Assembly: GCA_013115145.1 (NCBI GenBank)
Contig: JAAPAO010000095.1
Span: 1-64,000 of the forward strand
From: Perkinsus chesapeaki ATCC PRA-425
Lineage: Eukaryota > Protista > Perkinsozoa
Direction of reading: 5' to 3'
Length of the DNA: 64,000 nucleotides
Shown: piece by piece, positions 37,094 to 50,100 of the stretch
Layout of the letters: each line of letters starts with the position of its first letter
How positions within the stretch are numbered: position 1 is the first letter of the stretch
Program-made: the position numbers and the translations under genes
The notes under the pieces: model-generated
Databases searched by the model: none
What the model saw: the letters and a program-made list of their open reading frames with translations, nothing else
What the model was told of the DNA's origin: nothing

Positions 37094-38546
37094 AGACAAG
37101 TATCCAGCAGCCATTTTAGAATGTCAGTCAGTTACTGATCACACAGGAAGTCCATTATGCAGTAGTTCATCATTGTCAATACATTTTACAATTTATCGTA
37201 TCTCATCATTACCGCCGAGGTTGTACAACAACCAAGACTGTTCCTTATGTTGTGTATCACTTAACAGTTCCTTCTTGTGATGTTACACAAGTATCTAGAG
37301 AGATTACCATGTCTTGAGTTCTAACAGTTGTAACAAGAATCCGTTGACTCCGAGGCCAATACGCGACAAAGATTGATGAAACGAAGAGTGGTATGATACT
37401 ACCGACTACGAGCTTTCATGACGAGCGCTGCTAATAGTCAGAATACGGAGAATGCCATGGCGGATGAAGCTTAAGAATGGTCGAGTTTTTGATGCAACTA
37501 CGTTAGTCCATCTTCCACATGCAACAATCCTCCTGCAGCGACTCCTTGGTAGTGACCGTCTCACACAAAGCGACGCGCCGGGAAGTTGCGGGGAGCGGCG
37601 CGTGATCTAGAAGCGTCACGTCTTGGTGTCACCGTGAGACGTATTGAAAAAGGCTAATAGAAATTGCTACGGCAACTGTTGGGACCAACCGTGTCAACTA
37701 CACTATTTCAGTCTCCTCTTTTACCGACTAGCCCTTCATGTATCACATCCTAACTCTTCTACTTGCCGCGTATGCAGCTGCTCAAGACCTCTATGATGAC
37801 AAGACTATTCTTTCGGTTACTTCTGATGATTCCCTGGTTGACATCCGTACCATCCCAGATCTTCTTGCTCGTGCTGGCCAACAAGGAAACCCGAAGATCG
37901 CCACCTTTCTCTCCAACGCTCGCATCGAGACGTTGAAGTTTGCCCAGTGTCAAATTGCTCATACTACTATTAGCTCGGTGACTAATGATGAGCTCTGCGA
38001 ATACTTGCATGAAGCTGGACGGCATCTACCAGGACTCGTGGTGACATGTACTAGAAACATCGGTGGCGAGGAGGCCAATGTTCGTGATGAGCTCCACGTT
38101 AATGACCCACAAGCAATACGACAGAGCCAGCTGGCCCGTATGAGAATGGGTGAGGTCTGGCAACTTCTCCAGGAGTATCCTCGCAGAGAAGTTAAAGTGG
38201 CTGTTCTTGATCACGGTGTAAACTTTACTGACCCAGACCTGGCACCTTTGAGGGGATCCTCCGTAACAAGCGATGGAAAGGATATCTATGGCGGCTGGAA
38301 CCTTATAAATGACGATTCAGTCCTTACTCCAGGTGATGGTCATGGCCAGCGAGTGAGTCTCGTGCTCGCAGCGAAAGGGAATAATTCTGCCGGCATGGTT
38401 GGCGTTGCTCCTGACCATGTGCAATTGGTATCTTTACAGGTGTGCGGTATAAAAGGCTGTCCTGTTGATCTTCTAGTAAAAGCTATCGATATGGCAATAG
38501 ATATCTATGTCTCTGCGGTATTTCACACGTGATCTCAACTCCACCG
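37093..38546 (+). repeat. Direct segmental duplication, copy 1 (partner 41586-43056)
   Basis: Near-identical with constant offset 4493 (ATGs 37738/42231), which becomes 4510 after a 17-nt deletion in copy 1. Confidence 0.95.
37738..38546 (+). pseudogene. Truncated subtilisin (S8) copy
   Basis: Has the catalytic Asp (VLDHG) and His (GHG) but lacks AGAGTTGGTGTGATATC (frameshift, stop at 38532). Homology ends at 38546, so AAGN and the GTS serine are missing. Confidence 0.88.
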
Positions 38547-38845
38547 TTATTCAGTCCCTTCCCTGATTGCTGCGTTAGGCTCTCTATTTTTCTTTGGAGT
38601 GGCCTACTACATGGCTGTAATATCTCACCGACGTAAAAGAGGTCTCATCAGCTCAATAGTAATGCGCTCTTCTAACCTAGATAATCCCTCTATTTAACGA
38701 TGTCATCGATCAGTGCCATTTCAGGCAGCGTTTGTGGGCCGTGGATCAGCGGCGTGCTGTACGATGACGATCCCCATTAGCACGCTTACCCTATTCTCTA
38801 CGCAATTCTGGCAATTCCATTGACTGGAGCCGTATCATGTAGGAA
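38547..38845 (+). pseudogene. 3' remnant of an MFS transporter paralogue
   Basis: Encodes GSLFFFGVAYYMAVISHRRKRGL and AISGSVCGPWISGVLYDDDPH*HAYP (TAG 38778-38780), matching LLFSGIAYFINTIAPAGRRGL and LASGGIIGPIVSGVLYDADPERRAYP of the intact gene. Confidence 0.75.
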
Positions 38846-39201
38846 AGAGTCCGTATCGATCTTCAGGGTGTGCGAACCTATAGCTTAAGGTCATCCAATC
38901 ATTTTTGTCCTCGAGGGCTGCGTGTCTGTGTCATGCGGCTGTTATGTTGGTCCGTTATCCCAACTTATTAATATTCCTGGCTATTTCAGGTATTGTTATC
39001 CATCGAACAGTGCGTTCTTCCGTGAGACACCACTAACGAATGACTCGTCTTTCGCGGCTCTTCGTAGCAGCAGTGTTTTTAGGTTTAGTCTGTTCAAGCT
39101 CACTCTCCCCACATAAAAAGAGTCCACGTCTCATGTATTTCGATGTTATGTTCTTCATAGGCTATTAGCTCATCATGTTCAGCGTTCTCATTATTATCAC
39201 T

Positions 39202-41150
39202 ATGCTGGATACCCACAAAGGTCCTTTACCCATTGAGGAATATTATTCCCTTGCTCATTGGCAAAGGTTTCGTTATAGTATTATCCATCATCCGAGAAGA
39301 GTAGCAGAGGTAACACTGCTATATATAGCGGTTTTTGTTGAGTGGATGGGTTTAACCCTAGTAGCTCCATTAACTCCATGGTGAGGTTCTCTCTCTTCCT
39401 TCTCTACTCATCATTATCAAGGTTCATCCAGCGCCTGAGCCCAGACATGGATCCGGGTAAGGCAGCGTCAACGATGCTAGCTGCATACGCTGCTGGAACT
39501 ACTATAGGATCTCTTGTATCTGGTTCAATATCTGACAAGTGAGTAGCAGGATACGTTCTGACCTCTTCGAATCTCATTAGGGTTGGACGTCGCCCTGTCT
39601 TCTTGACTGGCCTGTTTCTGTATGCTGTTTCATATTTCCTTGCCGCTAATGCATGGGATCTTGCCAGCTTTGCTGGCTTTCGCGCTCTTGCCGGCTTCTC
39701 TGCAGGTATGCCTCGGAATCCCTCGTCCGTTGTACAATTGCTATGGTCTCAGGCACCCGACCAGTTTTTATGGCTTTTTTAGGGGATACTTGCCATCCCA
39801 AAGACTTGACGTTCTATGGTATGCTTTTGTCGGTAGCAGTTAATGGTGGCATGTGCATTGGGCCGATTCTAGGTTGGTTAGTGTTTTGTCTAAAGGTGTA
39901 TGTAACTTCAGGTGGTGCCCTTGCTCTCTTCAACCTCACTTTTCCGCTTTACCTTTTTGGTGCCATAGCTTCCCTTATATTTGTATTGTTGTTATTCGTC
40001 CTACGAGAATCACGACGGCCAGTTAATAAGAATGATCAAGCAGACTGTTTGAAAGGTAAGGGTCACTGAAAATCCATTAAAACTTCTTCCTTTTCAGGTC
40101 CTCCAGTCCGCGAAGAACGTAATAAATGGATGGTACCTACAATCATCTGTCTGGCGCTTATATCGTTCTCTATTCAGTGAGTCATAATAATATCGTCCAA
40201 TACCTCATTAGACTTGCTTCTCTATTCTATAGCTGTGATTGTCTTAACTTTAGGTACCTCTTTACAGGTTGGTCCACGGTGTTTGGCGTCCTCGGAGTTG
40301 AAAGATATAATCTTAACTCAGCTGAGAATGGGTTGGTATTTGGTATTGCTGGAATTTGTATGATATTAGTTAGTTTGTTATATGTTCCGCTGACAAGTAA
40401 GAGTAGCTTACCAGTTGCCAACTCCTATACTGTTACTATTAGGATACGTACTTAATCCAGCTTTAACGGGTGCAGTTGGAATGGCTATTTCTACTCTTTT
40501 GGTCATTGAACCTTTCCTCTATAACATATACTGGGCCACGGCTGTTGGCACAGTTGTGGGAATTGGATGTAAGTAGGCGTTGCTCCATATTTTCAGTCGG
40601 TATGTATAGAATATTAATCGAACTTTTCAACTTATCCGACTGCCCAACAGTAGCGGGATGCTTTCGAGCGCACATCACCGCGGAAGCCATACTGTATTTA
40701 GTGGTCTGGCTCATTGTCTCTTCCCACAACAGTGACGACTTTCTCAATATGGGCCGCGATGTTTAACGGGTTATTCAAGATGGCCAATTAGTGGGTTCCG
40801 ATTATCAGGTTGTCTTCTCTTTTCTGGTATCGCTTATTTCATCAATACAATTGCCCCAGCAGGACGAAGAGGGCTTGTGAGTTCTTTTGTTATGACATCA
40901 TCTAACATCGGTAGGACATCGGTGAACGCTCCTTTAGGTCTTGCCTCAGGTGGAATAATCGGTCCGATTGTGAGCGGTGTACTGTATGACGCCGATCCAG
41001 AACGGAGGGCTTACCCTTTCTATGTGTTTCTGGGGTGCTCACTCTTAGCTCTGATACTTTGTAAGTTGTCATATTGACATTCAATCCCATTCTGCATTCC
41101 TAGGTATGGTCGTTGACCGTGGACTCAAATACACTGAATCACATCGTTAG
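39202..41150 (+). CDS. Major facilitator superfamily transporter (DHA1/TetA-like), multi-exon
   Basis: VFVEWMGLTLVAPLTP, GSISDK|VGRRPVFL (motif A), FRALAGFSA, AFLGD, GPILG, GPIVSGVLYD. Confidence 0.88.
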
Positions 41151-41585
41151 TGAAACCAAGACTGAAAGGATGTGTTTAGCTGTTAGCGACTACGTTTGCT
41201 TTCATTCCTAATTCCGCTTATGATCCTACCAATATCGTCATTTGTTGTTCGCATCGCCGAGTTGTCGGTCTTGATGCTGTATTCTTAGATCCGCGATACC
41301 TTGCCGTGCTGTCTTACGCGGGTCGTACTACTTATTACCATAAAAGCATTATGTTTGACATAATGTACGAAACTTCTTCTGGGTATCCAAATTCTCACGT
41401 ACAACTCCAGAATTGTGTTGTAATCTCAAGGATATTGAGCTAACGGTCAGCCTGTCAGGAAGATGCCGGAAGTATTGCCCCCATAAATCTCGTATGTCGA
41501 GTTCATTCACTGATTGGATCAGAGGGGCTTTCAACTTGAAAGTTTCAAGCGACTTACTAGACATTTGAGCTGCTTATTAGCTGCG

Positions 41586-43056
41586 GAGACAAGTATTCAG
41601 CAGCCATTTTCGAATGTCAGTCAGTTACTGATCACACAGGAAGTCCATTATGCAGTAGTTCATCATTGTCAATACATTTTACAATTTATCGTATCTCATC
41701 ATTACCGCCGAGGTTGTACAACAACCAAGACTGTTCCTTATGTTGTGTATCACTTAACAGTTCCTTCTTGTGATGTTACACAAGTATCTAGAGAGATTAC
41801 CATGTCTTGAGTTCTAACAGTTGTAACAATAACTCGTTGACTCCGAGGCCAATACGCGAGAAAGATTGATAAAACGAAGAGTGGTATGATACTACCGACT
41901 ACGAGCTTTCATGACGAGCGCTGCTAATAGTCAGAATACGGAGAATGCCATGGCGGATGAAGCTTAAGAATGGTCGAGTTTTTGATGCAACTACGTTAGT
42001 CCATCTTCGACATGCAACAATGCTCCTGCAGCGACTCCTTGGTAGTGACCGTCTCACACAAAGCGACGTGCCGGGAAGTTGCGTGGAGCGGCGCGTGACC
42101 TAGAAGCGTCACGTCTTGGTGTCACCGCGAGACGTATTGAAAAAGGCTAATAGAAATTGCTGCGGCAACTGTTGGGACCAACCGTGTCAACTACACTATT
42201 TCAGTCTCCTCTTTTACCGACTAGCCCTTCATGTATCACATCCTAACTCTTCTACTTGCCGCGTATGCAGCTGCTCAAGACCTCTATGATGACAAGACTA
42301 TTCTTTCGGTTACTTCTGATGATTCCCTGGTTGACATCCGTACCATCCCAGATCTTCTTGCTCGTGCTGGCCAACAAGGAAACCCGAAGATCGCCACCTT
42401 TCTCTCCAACGCTCGCATCGAGACGTTGAAGTTTGCCCAGTGTCAAATTGCTCATACTACTATTAGCTCGGTGACTAATGATGAGCTCTGCGAGTACTTG
42501 CATGAAGCTGGACGACATCTACCAGAACTCGTGGTGACATGCACTAGAAACATCGCTGGTGAGGTGGCCAATGTTCGTGATGAGCTCCATGTTAATGACC
42601 CACAAGCAATACGACAGAGCCAGCTGGTCCGTATGAGAATGGGTGAGGTCTGGCAACTTCTCCAGGAGTATCCTCGCAGAGAAGTTAAAGTGGCTGTTCT
42701 TGATCACGGTGTAAACTTTACTGACCCAGACCTGGCACCTTTGAGGGGATCCTCCGTAACAAGCGATGGAAAGGTTATCTCTGGCGGCTGGAACCTTATA
42801 AATGACGATTCAGTCCTTACCCCAGGTGATGGTCATGGCCAGCGAGTGAGTCTCGTGCTCGCAGCGAAAGGGAATAATTCTGCCGGCATGGTTGGCGTTG
42901 CTCCAGACCATGTGCAATTGGTATCTTTACAAGTGTGCGGTAAGAAAGGCTGCCCCGTTGATCTTCTAGTGAAAGCTATCGATATGGCAATAGATATCAG
43001 AGTTGGTGTGATATCTATGTCTCTGCGGTATTTCACACGTGATCTCAACTCCACCG
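41586..43056 (+). repeat. Direct segmental duplication, copy 2
   Basis: Matches 37093-38546, including about 645 nt of upstream non-coding sequence. Confidence 0.95.
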
Positions 43057-43565
43057 AGTTCTCCCTCCTCCGCGCAGTACTCAGAAGAGCTCAGGAGCAC
43101 AATGTTCTACTAGTTTCTGCAGCCGGCAACGAGAATATTGATGCCCATGAGTGTTACCCTTGCGCGTATGGAGGCCCTAACGCCATATGCGTGGCTGGAC
43201 TAAGTGACGATGTGACCTATAATCTTTCAGAGCGTTCGAACTTTGGGGACATGGTTGACATCGCTGCTTTTGGCGAGCTCGTCTACGTTGGAGAGGATAG
43301 ATTCGGGTATCCTAATTATCAGTCTGGTACATCTTATGCTGCTCCAATGGTAAGCGCTGCGGCTGCCATACTATTATCGTTGGGAGCCGAGCCATCCTCG
43401 GTCAAACGTACACTCTTGGCTGATGCTGACCAATTCGAAACTGCTGGTAAACCCCTAAGACCTGGTGGTGGTGCTTTAAATATCTTATCGTCAGTCGAGA
43501 GAGTCATTAGTATGAATAACCTTCGTCCTATTGCTACACCGGGAAATCTTCGTTATCGTTTATAA
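42231..43565 (+). CDS. Secreted subtilisin-like serine protease (S8), intronless
   Basis: Signal peptide MYHILTLLLAAYAAA; VAVLDHG, GHGQRVS, SAAGN, GTSYAAPMVS complete the triad and oxyanion Asn. Confidence 0.93.
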   Translation: MYHILTLLLAAYAAAQDLYDDKTILSVTSDDSLVDIRTIPDLLARAGQQGNPKIATFLSNARIETLKFAQCQIAHTTISSVTNDELCEYLHEAGRHLPELVVTCTRNIAGEVANVRDELHVNDPQAIRQSQLVRMRMGEVWQLLQEYPRREVKVAVLDHGVNFTDPDLAPLRGSSVTSDGKVISGGWNLINDDSVLTPGDGHGQRVSLVLAAKGNNSAGMVGVAPDHVQLVSLQVCGKKGCPVDLLVKAIDMAIDIRVGVISMSLRYFTRDLNSTEFSLLRAVLRRAQEHNVLLVSAAGNENIDAHECYPCAYGGPNAICVAGLSDDVTYNLSERSNFGDMVDIAAFGELVYVGEDRFGYPNYQSGTSYAAPMVSAAAAILLSLGAEPSSVKRTLLADADQFETAGKPLRPGGGALNILSSVERVISMNNLRPIATPGNLRYRL

Positions 43566-44170
43566 TCGTCCCCCGTGGAATCCAGCAAAGTTTTGGCTTC
43601 CTTTGTTCACTTAAAAGCAGAATCTGCTCGCTCGGCTGTCTCACGGCATGCTGTTGCACTTTCGACAAAACCATCGTTGCTCCAATATTCTGCTTCCAAT
43701 TATTTTGAGTTTTATTCGTATAACGGATTTCAACACAAGTTCTTAAAGTGGAACTGATCTATCTCGTTTCACGGCATACTGCTTCGCTTCAGCAATTTCC
43801 AATGCTTTGCGTTCATGTTTAACAGACGTTAGTTACCTTTAATCTCGGTTCATAAAGAACGCGTACGAGTGTTTGTGTGCTTTCAAGCTGAATGATACCT
43901 CTTCTATCGCTTACCTTCCGTACTCGAAACATAACTACTTGATAACACAAACTTATGCATATCTCTCAATTGTACTCCAGCGATAGCAAATAGAAACAAA
44001 TCAACTTACCACAATACACTAGTTCATAACGATAATGAAACAGGCAGTGTAAGTGTGGGAACACAAGCTTAAATCTTACATTCAGCTGCAAATGGAGAAT
44101 AAGGTAGCTCCGAGACAATAGGCATCCTAAAGAACGCATAACATGTATAAGATGATAAACAAGTATTACC

Positions 44171-47100
44171 TCAACCCACTGACTGCACAGAAACTTTATC
44201 TGCTGCACCATATCCAAGGGTACGATCACACTCTTGATCCATAGCAGGGAGGGAGTTAGTTGATCGAGCCCGCGGTCGCATGGGGACTTCTGCGCTACCA
44301 GCCAGATTTGCTGGCATCAAGCCAGCGTTGGCCTCAGTATTCTGCCTCGCCTCCTCATTGCCATCGTTGGCCTCAGTATTCTGCCTCGCCTCCTCATTGC
44401 CAGCGTTGGCATCAGTATTCGGGTGCTCATTGGATGATTGAGAGCCTGGTGGGGGAGGATGATTATCTAGCGGCCCCAACAAATCGGGATATGGTGGTTG
44501 ATCAGTCCTGTGGGCTCCGTAGCCAGTAAGATCAGCCCCACCAACGGCTATAAGAGTCTCGGGAGATCTCAATATCTTAACAAGGCAGTTGTACATAGTA
44601 AATTCTCGGCGCATATCACCATACACCTGAGCAATCGCCACACCTCCAATGAGATCGAGTAGCTCCTGAGGGTTGGGGATCTCCGAATAGATGACCTTCT
44701 GGGACGAGTCTTGGAACATCACACGAATAAACTGCCCAATAGCGTAGATAATTGTGACGTAGAAGCCCAAAATACCGAGAGACAGGAAACCACCAACTTC
44801 ATTACCACCAAAAACTTTGTCCAACATCAGAGTAAAACTAACACCATCAAAGCCGGAGTTTTCCGACCCAGAGCACACCACGCCTCCTCCTCCTCCAGGG
44901 CACGAGTCATATTGCGTACTGCCCATAGAAGCGAAAGGGTTTCCCTGTGAGCCACTGATGGAAGCCTCTAGGGAATACCACATGGTCGGGTCACTGAGGT
45001 AGCTATTCCACGTGGCAGTGTTAGTGGTATCGATATGGATCACAGATGGACCGAAGTTAGGGAATAAAACTCGACTTGCCGGGTTTTCTACGACCGTACT
45101 TATGCTCTTTCTGAAATCCTCGAAATCGAGTGGGTAAGATCCCATCGAACAGTCGTCACATAAATTGCCGCTCGTTGGTACAACACTGGCATCACAGCCG
45201 CATAAGCCCATATCAAACTCGCCAGAGGAGGTGTAACCAACGCTATTAGAGCGCGACCAAGATACTGACAACTTCATTTCAACCCTAAGATTCTCAGCCA
45301 GACTATCAGCACCCAATAAGTCAACGATTGACTTAACCTTATTGGGGCTCGCTTGTATCATTGAGGAGCTACCAAGTGGAAAGGTGATGTTTTGAACAGC
45401 AGCTTCGGTACTAACGCCCGGCTGAGTCTGTAAAAACTTCGTTGCCGCCGAGCCTGTAACAAGCCTAGAGTGCAGTATCGGGGCAGAATAGAGATCCTGG
45501 AATATATAATAGGGAGACTCGCAGTCCCCTGCGCAGGTCTGGATATTCAACGACACCTTCATGGAAGCTTCGGTCACATAAGCATTCTTCGAGAACGGCG
45601 AAAAAGTGGAGAATATCATAATCGGTAAGACAATGATGATAACGAGGATGATTGTTAGGCCACAACCCGACATGCATTTCTCCCACCAGAACTTCTTGCG
45701 CTCTGCTGGCCAGTTCTCTCGGCGGTCATCCATCTCTTGCGACACATCCCAGAAGTTGTTGTGTGCGTCCTCCAAAAGGAAGTATTGTGAGAGGTCCAAA
45801 GACGTCGGCGTTACAGTCCAGTCGACTGTTGTTCGGACTTCCTGTAGGAAGGGGATGACTTTATAAATAGAGAAGGCGTAACCAGCTACAGTGTTGCGAA
45901 TCGCATTCCAGGACTTTGCCGGCCTCAGCGAATCATACCATATGCGAGGCACACCATCACGCAGCTGCTTTAGGGACACCACCAAATACTGTACGAATAC
46001 GAGATAGTATATCGACATGGCCCAGTTTTGAACAACTGGGGTGAAGGCTGAGGCATCGTTATTCGGTACCAGATTACACAGTATTGTAATATGAAGGGCG
46101 AGTATTATAGCGATTAAAAGTATAACACGAAAGATGAACCACCCCATAGCAGTTCGAGTGGTCTTTCTCTTCACAGAGTCTCGGCACAGGTCTATAGATG
46201 TATCGTTCAGATTGTCCCCCGCAGTGAAAGGAGTATCTACGTGAGACAAATCAACATCGATAGTGCCCGTATCACTCATGCAGCTTGCACGGTAATAGGC
46301 TCGGTCGAGCACGATCAACACCAAGTGGCTTATCATTAAGACCGCGAGTGATGCCGAGAACTTGTTGGATTTGAGCGCACCGAGAACATCCTCACCGGTA
46401 TCACCCGACATCTGGTGGTAAGTCAAAATACACCATACCCATAGAAATAGAGCCAACAGAAACATCGGAATGTAGTAGTCACAGCCAACCTTGTGCGCAG
46501 CAAATGGATCTATATAATCGAAGATCTTAGCCAGCCAGTCGGTTCGGCGTGACCCCGCAATCGCGATGGGCAGAGCCTCTTGTTCATAGTGAGTGAGCCT
46601 CAGAGTCTCGTTATTAGCATACACTGCCTGGGCCAGCCAACGCATTCGCCGATAACCATCGATAAGCTTACTAACTCCAACTAGATCACTAGACCAAACG
46701 GGAACACATCGTCCTTGAACGTCTTCGTCACACATGTAACGGGAAGTCGCGTATCGACTTAACTCAGCATAGCCCACTGAGGTCAAAGGGACACCGTCAA
46801 GGTCGACGAAGGAGCCTATCGAGGTGGATGTTGCACTTATGTAGTCCGAGTCACTAACTGACGATGAGCCCAAAGACTGGAACACTGTAGTGGTACGCCG
46901 CATAGGGACATCGTCCCCGCAGGTTAAAAGGCCGGCCCCCTCGCTAGTGTCCACTGGTGCAGGGTTCATCTCATGCTCGACATCCTCCAAGGAGTCGGGG
47001 TCGAATACACCCATGTAATCACGTGGGACCAAGATGGCTGAAGATTCCTTATGGGGATCGGCGACCTCAACAAAGTCCCAGAGTCCACACAGCTGCAGGG

Positions 47101-50100
47101 ACCATTTATGAAAATAAAGAGCCAGCAGCAATAGGGCATCAGCCCAGACATAGCCGAATATGCCTGAACTTCGCTGTCTCGGTAAGGCAGACTCACCGGT
47201 GACCTTAGCGAAACCAATCCAAACATCCCAACCGACATCCACATACTTGGGACAAGAGAAGATGGTAGACATTCGAGGGTTGCCATAGCCTCCTTCGAAG
47301 GTAACAGGGGAAGTAGCACTGCTACCAAACCGCCAAAAGATACCAAAGTTGCTATCTGTCGAGGCTGCTCCACAGAGCAAGGGCGTCTGATAGGCCATGC
47401 GGACAATGAACCACAACGCTGTAGCAATGATAAGGACTTCCCAAACCCACCGGGGCTGGAGCGGCCATCTTGGAGTGAACCAGAGAATGAACATAACACG
47501 CACGGCATCGAAGATAGAGGTGGCCACGAGGAAATCCAAGGCAATCATCAGGTACACTGGGAAAACCGTCGAGGAAGCAAGATACTTCATAGCGACCTCG
47601 AGTAGGCCACCCGCTCTGGTGTGCAATGTCTGAGGGTCTGCTGCCCTATAGTCTTCTAGAAACCTCATGCTGTTGGTGCCGTTCTCGAGAGTCTGCTCTA
47701 ACCACTGCCACGCACTCGCGAGGATACCAGGGGGCTCATCTTCGTAGGATTCTTTTTGCCGTTCCGAGTAGTTTAGCAGCACCTAGGACTCCTGCATTTT
47801 TCCTAAACCGAAACGACGCACATCAGACAATAGCGCTTCAGCTTCGTGTGGATGTTTATGGCAAACTTCCAGTGCCTGATGCGACTCCATATCGCTGAAG
47901 CCGTCCATACGCAAATGCTCGACTAGCATGGTCTCAACTTCCCGGAAGCCGGTCTTGTCGTCGTCACGATTCACCTCATCAAGATTATCACGGCTAACGG
48001 ACATGCGGTTCTTTGCAGCCAGTCTAGTCGTCACAGTGACATCAAACCCTTTCTGGTTGACGTCCACGAATGTGTCAACCTTCTGCCGAACCCTTTGCAG
48101 TTTGGCCGCTAGGCCGCCGATGGTGCAGGTAGCCTGCCGACTCAACACGTAGAGGTTGGCGTTGAACTCATTGATGAAGCGTCTGGCCTTCGCCTTCCGT
48201 GACTGGACTTCCTCAATAAACTGGTTTTCGATAACATCATAGCCGACACTATTGTATATCCTAAGTTGTATTAATGCGGCACACAAAGTCAACAGCACAG
48301 GACCGTAACCGAAGGGGAACGGCAATGTCACCCCACCGTGGGACTTTCCCAAACCCAGCACTTGAAAGAATATCTGTAACCACGTGAAGACATCATGCTC
48401 AACAAGCGCTCCACAACGGTTTCGGTTATGATGGTAGACATCCTGTAGGTTCACGCACGTAGCACAGCTAATGTACGGAACACGAGCTGTGCCGTCAGTG
48501 ACAGTAATGGGGTTGCAAGCATCCTGCCATACCCTACAAGGAATGAAGGGGATTTGGTAGAAGAGCTGAAGCCCGAAAGCCGTCGCCGCCGAGCACATGG
48601 TGATAACCATCATATGCCGCGGCGGCATTGCCGCCGTGCAGCTTTGTAGTCAAAGTGAAACCGAAGGAGGCCCACAAACATACATAGCATAACATCGGTT
48701 ATCACATTGGTCTCCATAACATATGCGAAAGAGCTGAGGAAGGTTAATAACCAGACCACATAAATCCACAGCCGCATAGCCAAGATCGACCACTTCCCGG
48801 GACTTCTGGCGCCGGACATGGCGGTTTTATCAAGTGAGAGAACAGCGTTCTGACGGATCAGTCTCGAGGTGGCGGCCGACGCTAAGTTACCGCTCAATCC
48901 GACGCGGATATTTCGCATAAGCATGACAATGATCCACAGGCTGGTTAGCTCCCAAATGAGTGCAGCGCCAGGTATGGCCTTCATTGTCATGATGTTGCTC
49001 GGTGTAGAACCGCCATAGAGTTGCAGCTCTGTGTAACCCTCGAGACTACCAGGTGCTACAAGGAATCTTTGCCAGTCATCTTGGCAAGATGCCGTATACG
49101 CACCATCAGCTTGAATCCACGGCGAACCACAAAACCATCCTCCGTCGAAGCGTGCCGGCTGCTCCGTCCACCAAGGGGGGTACCACAGCCGCAATATCAG
49201 TTGCACGATGATACAAACAAGTACAAGGCTGACTATCCACAGCCTCCGTATTCTGAGGCTAGCTCCTCCCTTCATCGCTGACATTATGCATGCCGCCATA
49301 ATGTAGTATATGTAGCTGTAGATGTTACTGCGAGCACCAGCTGCTAGCATTAGCGTTGAGGCTGCTAGAGGAGGAGTGTAAAACGCCAATGAGCTTGAGG
49401 AAATCTCCAAGGGTTTTTGTCCCCATGGAGAGAGACCATGCCGAGCGGTGTAGTCGATGTTTCTTTGCACCACACATAGGATGAGGATGCCAATATTCCG
49501 ACCAACGCTCGCACCAGTCCACGAGAAGCCCAACCACTGCTCCGTATCGGAGGCAATGGAATCTTCTGTGAAGGAAAAGCGAAAGACGTATTGCAGGATA
49601 AAGAAGATAGACACCGCCAATGACACTACAACGTTCAGCGTACCCCAGCCTCGACCGAGGAACAATAATATGGCGGCTACGATCATTAGGACAACACTGG
49701 CGAGAGACGTCTCAAAGACGGAAAAGAGAAATATACAGTACATTACAACAGAGGGAAGGATCCTCGCTGTGTATACTATAAGGGATTCAAATACTCTCAT
49801 GCCCGTTGACCGCTCATCTTTAGACAAGTCGACATCGCCACCGGTCGTCTGGTCAAAGTCATCCAGAACTAGCAACGAGGATGCGAACCGGACCATTCTC
49901 ATACAGACAACCGCAGAGAAGGCAGTCAACGCTGTCTTCCAAATGCCCTCTGCGGATTTATTAATACCGAGTTCAGAATATAAAGGATATGATAGGTTAC
50001 GAGTTAGACTGTCGTATATACTCGGATAAAGAGCGACACATCGCCACCCGACAACAGCAATACAAAAATAAGCAAGGGCATAGTTCACTACAATAATACC

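Noticed and set aside
47783-47821. In-frame TAG between two Piezo ORFs as stop-codon readthrough or recoding
   Set aside because: A 39-nt phase-0 GTGCGT...CCTAG intron removes it cleanly and matches local intron size. cDNA would settle it.
48610-48679. Programmed frameshift in Piezo
   Set aside because: A 38-nt GTTTGT...AAAG intron restores the frame, and there is no slippery sequence.
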